Part shown: one piece after another, positions 1 to 9,205 of the stretch
How positions within the stretch are numbered: the stretch's first letter is position 1
How the letters are laid out: the number at the start of each line of letters is the position of its first letter
NCBI GenBank assembly: GCA_965140585.1
Contig: OZ223272.1
Span: forward strand, 274,775-338,774
Direction: 5' to 3'
Origin: Spirochaetia bacterium
Lineage (GTDB): Bacteria; Spirochaetota; Spirochaetia; UBA9216
DNA length: 64,000 nt
Made by a program: the position numbers and the translations under genes
The notes under the pieces: generated by a model
Told to the model about the DNA's origin: nothing
What the model saw: the letters and a program-made list of their open reading frames with translations, nothing else
Databases searched by the model: none

Positions 1-259
1 CTCCCCTTCAGATGTAAGCCTGACAGACTTTGTAGTACGTTCAAAAAGTCTGCTGCCTCATGAAAATTGAGTGTTTCTGCAAGTATCAGAAAATATTCGA
101 CACGCCTGAATTCCATACACAATCGAGTATATCATGATATTTTTTATATGCGAGAATTTCTTTGTGTTAACTTAAGGTTAACAATCAGTAACTTAATGTA
201 AATTCACAAATCATTCATCCGGGAATACAATTTATTGAAAAATAACTAGGAGAAGAAGA

Positions 260-1294
260 ATGAATAAATTCGAAAAAATAGAAAACGCAATAAATTTAAA
301 ACCTTTAAAAAATATTTCCGATATTCCAGGCTACCCGATGATCATTACTTATGCAGCAGTACCCGCCGGAAAAACTCAGGCAGAGATTTTTAAAGATAAC
401 AGTTCATGGATGGATGCCCTGGTTAAGTGCTATGAGGAAATAGGATCAATACCTGATGTAGTATTCCCTATGAACCCTCTTGATACTTCTTTTATAGAAC
501 AGCTGAAAGTTCGAATCCCCGGAAAAGAACTTGAAGATGATGAACTGTTTCAGTTCCTTGAGGAAGAGCTTATGTGCATGGATGATTATAAAAAAATAAT
601 TAAAAAAGGAATGTCAGCATGGCAGCTTCCATTTGTTGCGTCCATCCAGAACCCGCCCTTCACCGGAATGATGAAAAACATGAAGGTTATTTCAAGATTT
701 ATTAAAATTGGTAAAAACCTCAAGGCAAACAGAATCTTCTGGGAAAAACAGGGGGGTTCCTGTAATGTTTCATAACGGTACGGCTCCTGCATTTGATACT
801 TTTTCTATGAGCCGAAGTATGGAGAAATTTTTCTACGATCTTTATGATGAACCGGAGCTTATAAAGAAAGCCTGCGCAGCTGCTACGCCTGAAATAATAA
901 AAACAGCCCTTAAATGCGCAAAAAAAGGCGACAGGATCGCAGTATATGCAATGAGATCTTCTGCCACCTCCGTCTCTCCGCAGATGGGAACTGGCTTCCG
1001 ATGCAGCCCTACTTTCAGCAGGTTACCAAAGAAAGCTGTATTATTGAGCTGGACAGGAATACAGACATCAGTGAAGCAAAGAAAATTCTTAGCGGTTATC
1101 AGTGCATCCGCGGAGATTTACCAGGATCTATTCTTGCCTTCGTGACTGAAAAAGAAACTGAGGATTACTGCAGCATGCTTATAGAATTAGCGATAGAAGT
1201 CGGGATGATTATAGGCTCTGGATGCGAAGTCCCTATAAACACCAGGATTGAAAATATTAGAGCCTTAGTTAACTGTAAAAAGGTTTCGGTTTAA
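260..1294 (+). pseudogene. Uroporphyrinogen-decarboxylase (URO-D)/MtaA-CmuA methyltransferase-family gene, split across three reading frames by two frameshifts
   Basis: ORFs 260..775, 708..1145 and 914..1294 together give a ~345-aa URO-D-family protein (N-terminal part from 260, 'VPVMFHNGTAPAFD...', 'IIELDRNTDISEAKKIL...GDLPGSILAFVTEKE'). Frame 2 passes to frame 0 at a G6 run (751-756). It returns to frame 2 at or near an A7 run (920-926). Confidence 0.5.
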
Positions 1295-2784
1295 TTCAAA
1301 GAAAGCTCCAAACAAACCTCAGTCCCCTCTCCTGGGGCTGTTTTGATAGAAAGAGTTCCGCCAAGTTTTTCTGTATGCCTTTTAATCAATGTAAGCCCGA
1401 GGCCGGCACCCTTTTCATTACCTGTACCGCGTGTGGACTTATGAACAATCCTGCTTGATTTAAGCGGATCAAAATCCATACCTGTCCCGTGATCACGAAA
1501 GGTTAAAAAAACAGAACCTTCATGCTGACGTGCATCTACTTCAATACTTCCTCCCTGATAGGAGAACTTGACAGCATTGGAAAGAATATTCCTGGCTAAT
1601 ATCATAAATGATTCACGCTCTATCAGCAGCTCAATATCCGGCTCTGCAGTAATCTTCAAATCAAGTTTCTTTGCATTTATATACGGAGCGAGGAGCTCTC
1701 CGGACTCAGCAAGCATTTGTTTTAGACTGCAGTTCTCCTTTTTGATTTCGGTACCGCCCATTTCAAGCCTGGACCACTCAAGCAGATTAGACACAAGGAT
1801 GGCACCGGTGTCAACAGCCATCCTCAACTCACCGACGTATTCCTTTCGTTCAGGTTCTGACATTTGCTCATAATCATCATCAAGCCCCTGAATTACTCCT
1901 GTAATACCTCCGAACATTCCTGACAGATCATGTGAGATTACTGAAAATAATCCGGATTTCAGTTCATCAGCCCTTTCCAGTTCATTTTTTCGGGTATTCA
2001 ATTCATTAAAAATAGTCAGATAAGGTTCAGATATGCTTTTCTGTATTACAGCCCGGTATAGAAAATAAAAAGAAATTATCTTTGCAAAATGTCCTAGCAT
2101 ATTTGAAAAGCCGTAGTTGCTTGCATAGAAGGTGAAGGATAATTCTGAAACAACAGTGAATGCAATTGAGAGATTGAGCATCCTGTATATTCCCGCTATA
2201 AATTTTCTACGTTTTCTGAATGCCGTAAAAAGTGAAAAAAGCAGGAGAATAATTATCACATACTCGCTGTATAATTTAAATGAGGTCTGTCCATGTCCTT
2301 CTACAAAACATACAGGGAAAATACCGGAAAAAAATATCGAATGAATCAGTATAATGGTTATCACCAGATATATAAAAAAGACAACGGATGTTCTGATTTT
2401 ATTTCTGCGCCCTACAAAACTGAGCGAAACAATAAAAGTTAATGCTTCCAGCATCCTTGCCGCTACCCAAAGCTGGTTTGCATAGTACTCATAATCGGGA
2501 AATATATTCATCCCCTTATATCCAAGAGTATGCAGAAGATCCAGAAAGGCTATAAACAAATAGGCTATACCAAGGATAACCATATATCTCGCACTTAGAT
2601 AATTCCTGCTGTTCCAAACCAGAATAAATATAGAGAAGGCTATAACTATACCAAATATTTCAGTCAGGGCGTGAAACAGCAGATAATTTCTACTCTGTAT
2701 GATAAATAAACTCATTATTGAGAAGAACAGTATAATCAGGGATGAAATTTTTATCTTTCTATCTGACTCGGCAGGTGAATCCAT
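1291..2784 (-). CDS. Sensor histidine kinase with a large N-terminal polytopic membrane domain
   Basis: The N-terminal ~260 aa are hydrophobic with 7-8 predicted TM segments. An H-box 'FSVISHDLSGM' and a C-terminal HATPase_c region (NILSNAVKF..., GTGMDFDP, GTGLGLTLIK) follow. Confidence 0.8.
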   Translation of the reverse strand: MDSPAESDRKIKISSLIILFFSIMSLFIIQSRNYLLFHALTEIFGIVIAFSIFILVWNSRNYLSARYMVILGIAYLFIAFLDLLHTLGYKGMNIFPDYEYYANQLWVAARMLEALTFIVSLSFVGRRNKIRTSVVFFIYLVITIILIHSIFFSGIFPVCFVEGHGQTSFKLYSEYVIIILLLFSLFTAFRKRRKFIAGIYRMLNLSIAFTVVSELSFTFYASNYGFSNMLGHFAKIISFYFLYRAVIQKSISEPYLTIFNELNTRKNELERADELKSGLFSVISHDLSGMFGGITGVIQGLDDDYEQMSEPERKEYVGELRMAVDTGAILVSNLLEWSRLEMGGTEIKKENCSLKQMLAESGELLAPYINAKKLDLKITAEPDIELLIERESFMILARNILSNAVKFSYQGGSIEVDARQHEGSVFLTFRDHGTGMDFDPLKSSRIVHKSTRGTGNEKGAGLGLTLIKRHTEKLGGTLSIKTAPGEGTEVCLELSLN

Positions 2785-2871
2785 AAAAGGAATTTTAGTT
2801 TATTCCCGGGGTTGATTCAACTTCTTTCAGTGAATAAGATTAGAAATCATTATATTTTGGAGATTGTACTT

Positions 2872-3090
2872 ATGGATAACAAGGTCATTCTGATAAACGG
2901 CTACACTAACGAGGAGACTCTTAAAATAATGCGGGCTATAAAGGCGGTTCTTGAAGATCCCACAGAGGTAGCCTTTGCCATGGGAACAGAAACCAACCGG
3001 ACCTGGGTGGTGAATGACCTGCTTAAAGAAGTCTCAGAAGAACATGAATATATGAAAAACAACCCTCCGGGACAGCATCAGAAAGGCTGA
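2872..3090 (+). CDS. Hypothetical small protein (72 aa)
   Basis: An ATG at 2872 is preceded by GGAGA at an 8-nt spacing. The track ORF begins upstream without an RBS. I recognise no motifs. Confidence 0.4.
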   Translation: MDNKVILINGYTNEETLKIMRAIKAVLEDPTEVAFAMGTETNRTWVVNDLLKEVSEEHEYMKNNPPGQHQKG

Positions 3091-3253
3091 TTTACATTAA
3101 AAATATATGCGTTCCCACAGGGACGTATAACATCAACACTAAAGAATAATATTTGCTATATACTATAAAAAATAAATATTCATATATATATCTTATGTTT
3201 ACATATATTATCAGCTGTATTTTTGATGATTTAATTAATTTTCAAGTTTTAGG

Positions 3254-3285
3254 TTGACAAATATTCTGAATACTGTTTAAATATA
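3254..3285 (+). promoter_or_regulatory. Sigma-70-like promoter (TTGACA, 17 nt, TTAAAT) driving a leader/attenuator-like cassette
   Basis: TTGACA lies at 3254-3259 with a 17-nt spacer and a TTAAAT/TAAATA element. GGAGA and an ATG at 3314 lie downstream. Confidence 0.4.
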
Positions 3286-3313
3286 AACATCTTAACACAA
3301 GGAGACAGATTTG

Positions 3314-3385
3314 ATGATTAGAGTAATTACATGCGTCACAGCGCTTTCTTATTTTAATTTTGTTTCATCGGAGAATCTGTCGTAA
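3314..3385 (+). CDS. Putative 23-aa leader peptide or small protein (MIRVITCVTALSYFNFVSSENLS)
   Basis: GGAGA sits 8 nt upstream of the ATG. The ORF ends about 25 nt before a strong intrinsic terminator. The track did not list it because it is under 60 aa. Confidence 0.3.
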   Translation: MIRVITCVTALSYFNFVSSENLS

Positions 3386-3409
3386 CCTTGATTTATATAG
3401 CAGTTGGTT

Positions 3410-3441
3410 GCCGTGATTCTCTGAATCACGGCTTTTTTTTT
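3410..3441 (+). terminator. Rho-independent terminator (10-bp perfect stem gccgtgattc/gaatcacggc, loop tct, T9)
   Basis: I read the hairpin and the following nine Ts directly from the sequence. Confidence 0.75.
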
Positions 3442-3467
3442 GCTGTATTACAGCCGGAAGCCGTAGA

Positions 3468-3515
3468 CTTTACCAGTTTGCGGCTTTTTTTTCATCCGGA
3501 ACATATCCCCGGATG
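3468..3515 (+). terminator. Second weaker terminator-like element (aagccg...cggctt + T8) followed by a 7-bp hairpin (catccgg/ccggatg) abutting the RBS of the next gene
   Basis: The stems and T-run are visible in the sequence. The ATGATG at 3513-3518 lies inside the second hairpin. Confidence 0.4.
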
Positions 3516-3536
3516 ATGTCAAAAAGGAGAGATAAA

Positions 3537-3782
3537 ATGTGTGCAGACGGTTATGACTACAGAACGGCTGCAGGGCTTCACAAGGACCGGCTTCGTGAAG
3601 CAGAATCAATCAGACTGGCTAAGAGAGCCAAATTGGCCTCTAAGGCTGCAATTGCAGATTCCCCTGCGATAGCAGTCAGCCGGATGGCGGAACCAACAGT
3701 GTTAAAGACCGCCGCAGAGAGCATCAGAATTTCGCTTGGCAGAAAACTAATTTCGCTTGGTGAGAAACTGATTGAAGCCTGA
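3537..3782 (+). CDS. Hypothetical small basic Ala/Lys/Arg-rich protein (81 aa)
   Basis: GGAGAG sits 5 nt upstream of the ATG at 3537, and the track start at 3513 has no RBS. The product carries an internal repeat 'ISLGRKLISLGEKLIEA'. I could not assign a family. Confidence 0.5.
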   Translation: MCADGYDYRTAAGLHKDRLREAESIRLAKRAKLASKAAIADSPAIAVSRMAEPTVLKTAAESIRISLGRKLISLGEKLIEA

Positions 3783-3863
3783 TTCGTCCACGACGAGGAC
3801 TCATTAAAAGTGAGGGGGAATAATGAAATGAATAGAGGAATTTTTTAATTAAGACTTAAACTT

Positions 3864-3901
3864 GAGCTGACCGGAGAACTCTCGGTCAGCTCTTTATATT
3901 T
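3864..3901 (+). terminator. Rho-independent terminator (10-bp stem gagctgaccg/cggtcagctc + TTTATATTT)
   Basis: A perfect inverted repeat and T-rich tail lie immediately downstream of the 3537..3782 CDS. Confidence 0.7.
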
Positions 3902-3958
3902 AGAGATAATTTCAAAACTAATCGAGTTTAAACGAAATTCTATACCTTACAATTTTTG

Positions 3959-3993
3959 TTGACATATATATTGTTATATATTAGCATCCTGAG
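3959..3993 (+). promoter_or_regulatory. Promoter-like TTGACA-17-TAGCAT that would place the TSS at or near the ATG at 3994 (possible leaderless mRNA)
   Basis: TTGACA lies at 3959-3964 and a -10-like hexamer at 3982-3987. No Shine-Dalgarno precedes the ATG at 3994. Confidence 0.3.
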
Positions 3994-5163
3994 ATGAAGA
4001 AATCGACCAATGTAATCCGCATCTCAATACTTGCAGCAGTACTATTGCTTACTACAATTCAGGGACGGCTTCATGCTATTCTGAAGCTGTTTCCTCCTGT
4101 TGATGCATTCTGCCCCTTCGGAGGACTTGAAGCAGTTTACGGACTTATCAAATACGATGCCATGATTAGGAAAATTGCCTTAAGCAGTTTTATCCTGTTA
4201 GGAGCTGTTTTAATTACGGCGTTATTTTTCAGACGAAGTTTCTGCGGCAATATTTGTCCGCTCGGATTTCTTCAAGAAATATCTGCAAAGATAGGAAGAA
4301 AGTTCTTTGTAAAAAGAAAGCCGATTCCCTCTGTTATTGACCGTAAACTGAGATACCTAAAATACGTTATTCTTGCTGTTGTAATAGCAGGAACCTGGTA
4401 CACGATGAATTTGATTTTCAGACCCTGGGACCCATGGGCTGCCTACCATCATATAGGCTCGGATGAACTGTTTGCTGAATATCTTTTCGGTGTGATTATA
4501 CTGGCTCTTTCGGTAGTAGTATCATTTTTTGACGATCGTTTCTTCTGTAAATATTTGTGCCCCATGGGCGCATTCCTGGCTCCCGTATCCAGAATTGGTA
4601 TCTTTAAAATCCGCAATGACAGAGAGAAATGCATTTCATGCGGATGCTGCGATCATATCTGTCAGATGAACATTCCAATCGCGGATAAAACCGTAATTAC
4701 ATCAGCGGAATGTATTTCCTGTATGGAATGTGTAGAAATATGTCCTGTAGATTCGCTCTCTGTTGAAGCCCCGTCTGCCGGTGAGAAAAAAAGAAACCTT
4801 AAACCGTCCCTGCTTATAATTCTCACAGCTTCTGTATTTGTAATTGTTATTGCAGTAACTACATTAACTGGAAGCTATGTATGGAAGGCTCCGACCGGAC
4901 TCCCTCACAAAACAGAAAGACTGCTGCTTGGACCTGCACAGATAAAAGACAACAATAATTTTATTGATATCATTCAGATATACCGGATAAGCCCCGACTA
5001 TATAATTTCCGAATGGAACATAGGAGAAGAGGAATTATCAGAACCATTTGAGGATCTGGGAATTGATCCGAAATTTGTCAGAGATTTTGTTGAAAAAATA
5101 TACAGTGAAGCGGGACTTGATCCTAAAAATCTACTCGGAGGCGGAGGCCGCGGACAGCATTAA
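3994..5163 (+). CDS. NapH/MauN-type polytopic membrane ferredoxin (two 4Fe-4S motifs) with a ~120-aa Cys-free C-terminal extension
   Basis: It carries CPFGG, 'FCGNICPLGFLQ' and 'CKYLCPMGAF' TM-embedded motifs, plus 'CISCGCCDHIC' and 'CISCMECVEICP' ferredoxin motifs. A further TM segment and a soluble tail follow. Confidence 0.7.
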   Translation: MKKSTNVIRISILAAVLLLTTIQGRLHAILKLFPPVDAFCPFGGLEAVYGLIKYDAMIRKIALSSFILLGAVLITALFFRRSFCGNICPLGFLQEISAKIGRKFFVKRKPIPSVIDRKLRYLKYVILAVVIAGTWYTMNLIFRPWDPWAAYHHIGSDELFAEYLFGVIILALSVVVSFFDDRFFCKYLCPMGAFLAPVSRIGIFKIRNDREKCISCGCCDHICQMNIPIADKTVITSAECISCMECVEICPVDSLSVEAPSAGEKKRNLKPSLLIILTASVFVIVIAVTTLTGSYVWKAPTGLPHKTERLLLGPAQIKDNNNFIDIIQIYRISPDYIISEWNIGEEELSEPFEDLGIDPKFVRDFVEKIYSEAGLDPKNLLGGGGRGQH

Positions 5164-5184
5164 ATAATAAACCTGATTATTAAA

Positions 5185-5222
5185 AAGCCGCTGCAAACTA
5201 TAGTTTTAAGCGGCTTTTATTA
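5185..5222. terminator. Bidirectional terminator between convergent genes (aagccgct...agcggctt)
   Basis: An 8-bp stem is flanked by A-run and T-run between the 5163 and 5226 gene ends. Confidence 0.6.
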
Positions 5223-5225
5223 TTA

Positions 5226-5759
5226 TCAGAGTTCGGGAATTTCAGGTTTGAAGTTTCTCCAGTCAGGAACCTTGAACCCTGCAGGGAATTCCGATTCATT
5301 GAATGGCAGCCAGGTCTGGTTACGGCCTATAAAAAGAATCTTTCCCCGGACTATAAGGTTGCCGTCTTCCTTCCAGAGCTCACAGTCATATATACCCGGC
5401 TTTTTTTCTTCATCACCAGGATCCATAATCTTTCCGCCGCCCCATTTTTTCTTTTTATCTTTCATCTCCCAGATGATAGTAAGACCGTTAAAAGCCGGCT
5501 CACCTTTAAGAAAAGGAGATTTCTTTTCCTGCCGGTAGAGATCATCCTCTATAACTCCGAAATCATCGAATGAACAGAGAACCCGTCCGTAAATCATTCC
5601 ATTATACTTATAGATGGCAACAACACCCTTTGGATTACCGGTTTCATCATCAATAGTCTTCCATAATCCCGTAATATCTTCCGCCTGGGCAAATACCATC
5701 GCTGGAAGAAGCAGTCCGGTCAGAAGTATCAGAAACAGAAATAGCGTTCTTGTTTTCAT
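5226..5759 (-). CDS. Secreted DUF2147-family protein
   Basis: It has a signal peptide (LLPAMVFAQA) and 'GLWKTIDDETGNPKGVVAIYKYNGMIYGRV', which is typical of DUF2147. AAGGAG sits 6 nt upstream of the ATG. Confidence 0.65.
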   Translation of the reverse strand: MKTRTLFLFLILLTGLLLPAMVFAQAEDITGLWKTIDDETGNPKGVVAIYKYNGMIYGRVLCSFDDFGVIEDDLYRQEKKSPFLKGEPAFNGLTIIWEMKDKKKKWGGGKIMDPGDEEKKPGIYDCELWKEDGNLIVRGKILFIGRNQTWLPFNESEFPAGFKVPDWRNFKPEIPEL

Positions 5760-5940
5760 AATGTTCTCCTTTTAGATTATCCTCAATTTTATGACAGCTT
5801 GTAGAATTTTACAATTAAATTATCCGGAGCGGGTAAAAAGCGAAAAATAATTATCAAACAAAAATTTGGGCTGCCCTACAACGTAAGACAGCCCGGGTAT
5901 TTTTTAAGGGGGTAGAAAACTACTTCCTTAAAGGAGACTG

Positions 5941-6015
5941 ATCTTAACTCAAAGCTCGGTAAGCTTTGAGTTAAGATAGAATTATGTTTAACAAATAAAT
6001 TGTTAAACATAATTC
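5941..6015. repeat. Two adjacent perfect 16-bp-stem hairpins (5941-5977 atcttaactcaaagct/agctttgagttaagat; 5979-6015 gaattatgtttaacaa/ttgttaaacataattc), each with a 5-nt loop
   Basis: I verified both by hand reverse-complementing. Neither is followed by a T-run on either strand. Confidence 0.6.
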
Positions 6016-6032
6016 ATTTACATTCAATGAAA

Positions 6033-6076
6033 CGATTTCAAAAGTTTCTAACTTTTGAAATCGCTTTATATTTTTT
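6033..6076 (-). terminator. Terminator for the saccharopine-DH-family gene (12-bp stem cgatttcaaaag/cttttgaaatcg), T-rich on both sides
   Basis: It lies immediately after the TAA at 6075-6077 on the minus strand. The plus strand also shows a T9-like run. Confidence 0.6.
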
Positions 6077-7295
6077 AGTACAGTCTGGTCTCAACAATCT
6101 CATCTACGAGGATGTCAAGTTTGGCTGCTTCGGAAAGGTAATATTCCCTTTCTTTTGTTTCAAGAACCTCAGGCGGGAAACATCCCTTTGTTGTAATTAC
6201 ATCGTTCACAAACATCTTTGTGAAAAGGAATGCTGCCTGACCTGTAAGGTAGGATTCATGTGTGATGCCTGCTTTTTCAAAAGCTTCTGTAAGGCCCGGA
6301 GCTAAGCAGTAGAGGTCGATTCGAACCTTTCTTCCGTCTTTAACACCCTCAACCCTGACAAGAAAAACTCCGTCTTCTGAAACCATACCTTCATCAAGAA
6401 CAGCCTTGATTTCATCGGCATACTTGGGAGCCGGAGGTGTTAGCTTTGAAACTATATCCATAGGTACGATTTCTGTACCCTTAACTTCAATTTTTTCATC
6501 TGAGAGCAGACCCATTTTGTAAAGTGATTCTGCAAGCTCAAGTCCCGGACCTCCGTAACGGAAGTTAACTTCCTTAACGCCCTTGAGAACCTTGCCGGAG
6601 AGAAGTCCCATTGTTACAGGTTCTTCGTGCTCGTGGTCAACCATTCTCTTCTCGCCTACACCTTTGAACTCAGTCATCTGAGGATTGTTGAATGGAGGAA
6701 CTTTTACAAACTCACCGTCTTTATAAAGAATCGGTTCTGCAGCCATATCGCCGAAAGCAGTCTGCGGAGACCACCAGAACGGAATAAATTTCTTTGACCA
6801 TATTTCATCGTAAACAAAGATATCAATTTTGTCACAGCTGTCGAGTTTTTCAACTCCGTGCCGTGTAAGCACATTCGCCATTCCGGGCGCCGAACCGGTA
6901 TTAATGAGAGCAGTAAGCCCCTTTGCAGCAAACTCATCATTTCTGTTGAGACAGCGCTTTACAGCTGAAACGAAATCCAGATCGCTTACCGGACCTGAAG
7001 CGAGATCCTGGTAGCATGCACCGACTGCAAGTGCGGCATCCATCACATTCATGTTAAAGTTAGGATCGAGTCCGTTTACAATTAAATCACAACCCTCTGC
7101 TGCTTTTATAATTTCATCAGTATTCTTTGCATTAAGCTGCACAGCCTTTGCCTTTGTCAGCTGGGCGGCAATACTTTCGGCGGCTTTCTGGTCATAATCA
7201 GCACAGATTACCTCAGCTACATTTTTCTCTTCATCAAGTCTTCTTGCAATAGTACTTCCCTGTGCACCTACACCGACAACTATTACCTTTTTCAT
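6075..7295 (-). CDS. Saccharopine dehydrogenase-family NAD(P)-dependent oxidoreductase
   Basis: An N-terminal Rossmann 'MKKVIVVGVGAQGSTIARRL' and overall layout match the saccharopine DH / carboxynorspermidine DH family. GAGG RBS precedes the start. Confidence 0.7.
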   Translation of the reverse strand: MKKVIVVGVGAQGSTIARRLDEEKNVAEVICADYDQKAAESIAAQLTKAKAVQLNAKNTDEIIKAAEGCDLIVNGLDPNFNMNVMDAALAVGACYQDLASGPVSDLDFVSAVKRCLNRNDEFAAKGLTALINTGSAPGMANVLTRHGVEKLDSCDKIDIFVYDEIWSKKFIPFWWSPQTAFGDMAAEPILYKDGEFVKVPPFNNPQMTEFKGVGEKRMVDHEHEEPVTMGLLSGKVLKGVKEVNFRYGGPGLELAESLYKMGLLSDEKIEVKGTEIVPMDIVSKLTPPAPKYADEIKAVLDEGMVSEDGVFLVRVEGVKDGRKVRIDLYCLAPGLTEAFEKAGITHESYLTGQAAFLFTKMFVNDVITTKGCFPPEVLETKEREYYLSEAAKLDILVDEIVETRLY

Positions 7296-7444
7296 GTTCT
7301 TTTACCTCAAAATAAACCTTTACGGCCGTTTGTTCAGACAGAAACCTGCCTATTTATTATAATTTAGCAGATCCGGTGCTATCACCGGATCCGCAATTAA
7401 TACTGATGGAAATGTCTGATACTTCCATATTGGACTTATCAGAT

Positions 7445-7567
7445 TTTACTCTTTATCATGCAGCCTTTTCAGCTGAGCCTTTGCACCCTGAACATACCAG
7501 AATATAAGACATATAGGACCTATGATAGAAACGGCTCCCATAATATAACAAGTTACATTCCAACCCA
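7445..7567 (-). CDS. Unannotated 40-aa single-TM small protein, translationally coupled to the symporter through a TAATG overlap
   Basis: The translation is MGWNVTCYIMGAVSIIGPICLIFWYVQGAKAQLKRLHDKE. Its ATG overlaps the stop codon of the 7568..9076 gene. It has a hydrophobic core and a basic tail. Confidence 0.4.
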
Positions 7568-9076
7568 TTAAACTGCCTCCTCTACGGTCTTTTTGCCAAG
7601 AGCATTTGCAACCAGGTAAATGATTATTACCGTAGGAACAATTATAAGAATACCCTGCTCCTGCCAGATCTCAAACTTACCGACTTTAACAAGATATACT
7701 TCCCAGTCATCACTCCATGTTCCGAAGAAGTTAGACCAGATGTACCAGACAACTGAAAGTATCAGACCTACAGCTGTTGACAAAGTACCGGCAATCTTTT
7801 TAACCGGTTTCTTACTGAATGCTCCAAAGTATACCGGAACCAGAGCAACTGAAAGAATAATGGTTGCCTGGAAGACCCATACTTCCATTATAGCATCAAA
7901 GGTGAATGAAAGACCTATGGACAGAGCCGCAGAAAGCAGCATTCCAAGCTTGGTCATCTTTTCAACCTTGTCAGAGTCAGCCTTCGGATTGATGGTATTC
8001 TTGTAAATATCATATCCGATAACACCGCCTGCAACCAAGAAGTATGAATCTGCAGTTGACATTGCCGCAGCAAAAACACCAGCAACAAAAACACCCAGAA
8101 TACCGACGGGAAGATACTGTCCGCAAACTGCAAACAGTGCCTGATTGGCTTCAACTTCGGGAATAATCCCAAGCCCTATTGCGGCTGCTCCAAGTATACC
8201 CAGGAATGTGACGCACCAGTCAAACGACAGCCACATCGGAACCCCTGCAGCAAAAGCCTTTTTAATTTCCTTAGGTCCTGCTGACGCAAAAACCCTCTGG
8301 AAGAATGCAGGCTCTGCAAGCACTGCAAAAGCAGTGATTGAATACGAAACCAGAGTCCATGGACTCAGGTAGCCTGCCCCCGCACTGAAGAAATAGCTGG
8401 CATCTTCGGCGCTTCCGGTCCACTCGATCAGACCGTTAAAGACATTTTCATACCCGCCTATTGCCTTCCAGCCGATTATAAGTGCGATACCGACTGTGAT
8501 CATCATTGAGATGAACTGTATAAAGTCGGTCATTGTTACCGCCCACAGACCTCCGGTGATCGTATAGATCAGTACCAGGGCGGCACCTATAAGAATTCCT
8601 GCCCAGATAGGCATTCCGGTTATCAGATTCAGGATAAATCCGATTCCCATCATTTCCATTGTGTTGGTCGAATACAGGAAAGCAGCAATGGAAGTGAAAA
8701 TACCTGCTGGTTTTCCGTACTTCTTAAACGCAATATCCTGCATTGTCGTTCCGTCCGGAAACAGCTCCTTGAATTTCGGCGCCAGGAACGCCATTACTAC
8801 ATACAGTGCCGTATAAGGCAGCGAGTATGCAAAGAAAGCGGATATTCCTTCATAGAACCCAACCTCTGATGTTCCAAAAAGGGTATCCAGCCCGTAGAAT
8901 GTTGATACCAGGGTTCCTACAAGCAATGGTGCTGTAAGAGTCCTGCCGGCCATGAAATAGTCATCGAATCCCTGCTTCTTTTTCGAGAAATAAAACCCGA
9001 CAAAGAGCATGAACGCAATGTACAGTCCCAGAATCAACCAATCCAGGACATGCAGTTGTACTACTGAACCGTTCAA
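7568..9076 (-). CDS. Sodium:solute symporter (SSS) family transporter
   Basis: It is 502 aa with about 13 TM segments and an SSS-like N-terminus. It starts at TTG with GGAGG 6 nt upstream. Confidence 0.75.
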   Translation of the reverse strand: MNGSVVQLHVLDWLILGLYIAFMLFVGFYFSKKKQGFDDYFMAGRTLTAPLLVGTLVSTFYGLDTLFGTSEVGFYEGISAFFAYSLPYTALYVVMAFLAPKFKELFPDGTTMQDIAFKKYGKPAGIFTSIAAFLYSTNTMEMMGIGFILNLITGMPIWAGILIGAALVLIYTITGGLWAVTMTDFIQFISMMITVGIALIIGWKAIGGYENVFNGLIEWTGSAEDASYFFSAGAGYLSPWTLVSYSITAFAVLAEPAFFQRVFASAGPKEIKKAFAAGVPMWLSFDWCVTFLGILGAAAIGLGIIPEVEANQALFAVCGQYLPVGILGVFVAGVFAAAMSTADSYFLVAGGVIGYDIYKNTINPKADSDKVEKMTKLGMLLSAALSIGLSFTFDAIMEVWVFQATIILSVALVPVYFGAFSKKPVKKIAGTLSTAVGLILSVVWYIWSNFFGTWSDDWEVYLVKVGKFEIWQEQGILIIVPTVIIIYLVANALGKKTVEEAV

Positions 9077-9205
9077 TAATCTCCTCCTGTCTTAATATAG
9101 ATTGACTAATCATTCTATAAATAATGGCTGTCTCATCTCTGACACAGCCATGTTAAAGGAGTGATAATTGAGTACACCCCCTATTCAGGGGTTGTCATTT
9201 ATATT

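Noticed and set aside
586-2344. Track ORFs 586..792(-), 1568..1873(+) and 2132..2344(+)
   Set aside because: They lie antisense to or inside the URO-D-like pseudogene and the histidine-kinase gene. They are low-complexity, have no RBS, and are explained by the long ORFs on the opposite strand.
3091-3512. CRISPR array, tRNA or mobile element in the long AT-rich gaps (also 5760-6074, 35277-35577, 56755-57167 and 60160-60360)
   Set aside because: I see no regularly spaced direct repeats, no cloverleaf-compatible segments, and no transposase, integrase or terminal inverted repeats. The gaps hold promoter and terminator signals and hairpins only.
6000-7014. Track ORFs 6000..6305(+), 6704..6940(-) and 6829..7014(+)
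   Set aside because: They overlap or lie antisense to the saccharopine-DH-family gene. The 6000..6305 ORF begins inside the hairpin cluster. I see no coding evidence.
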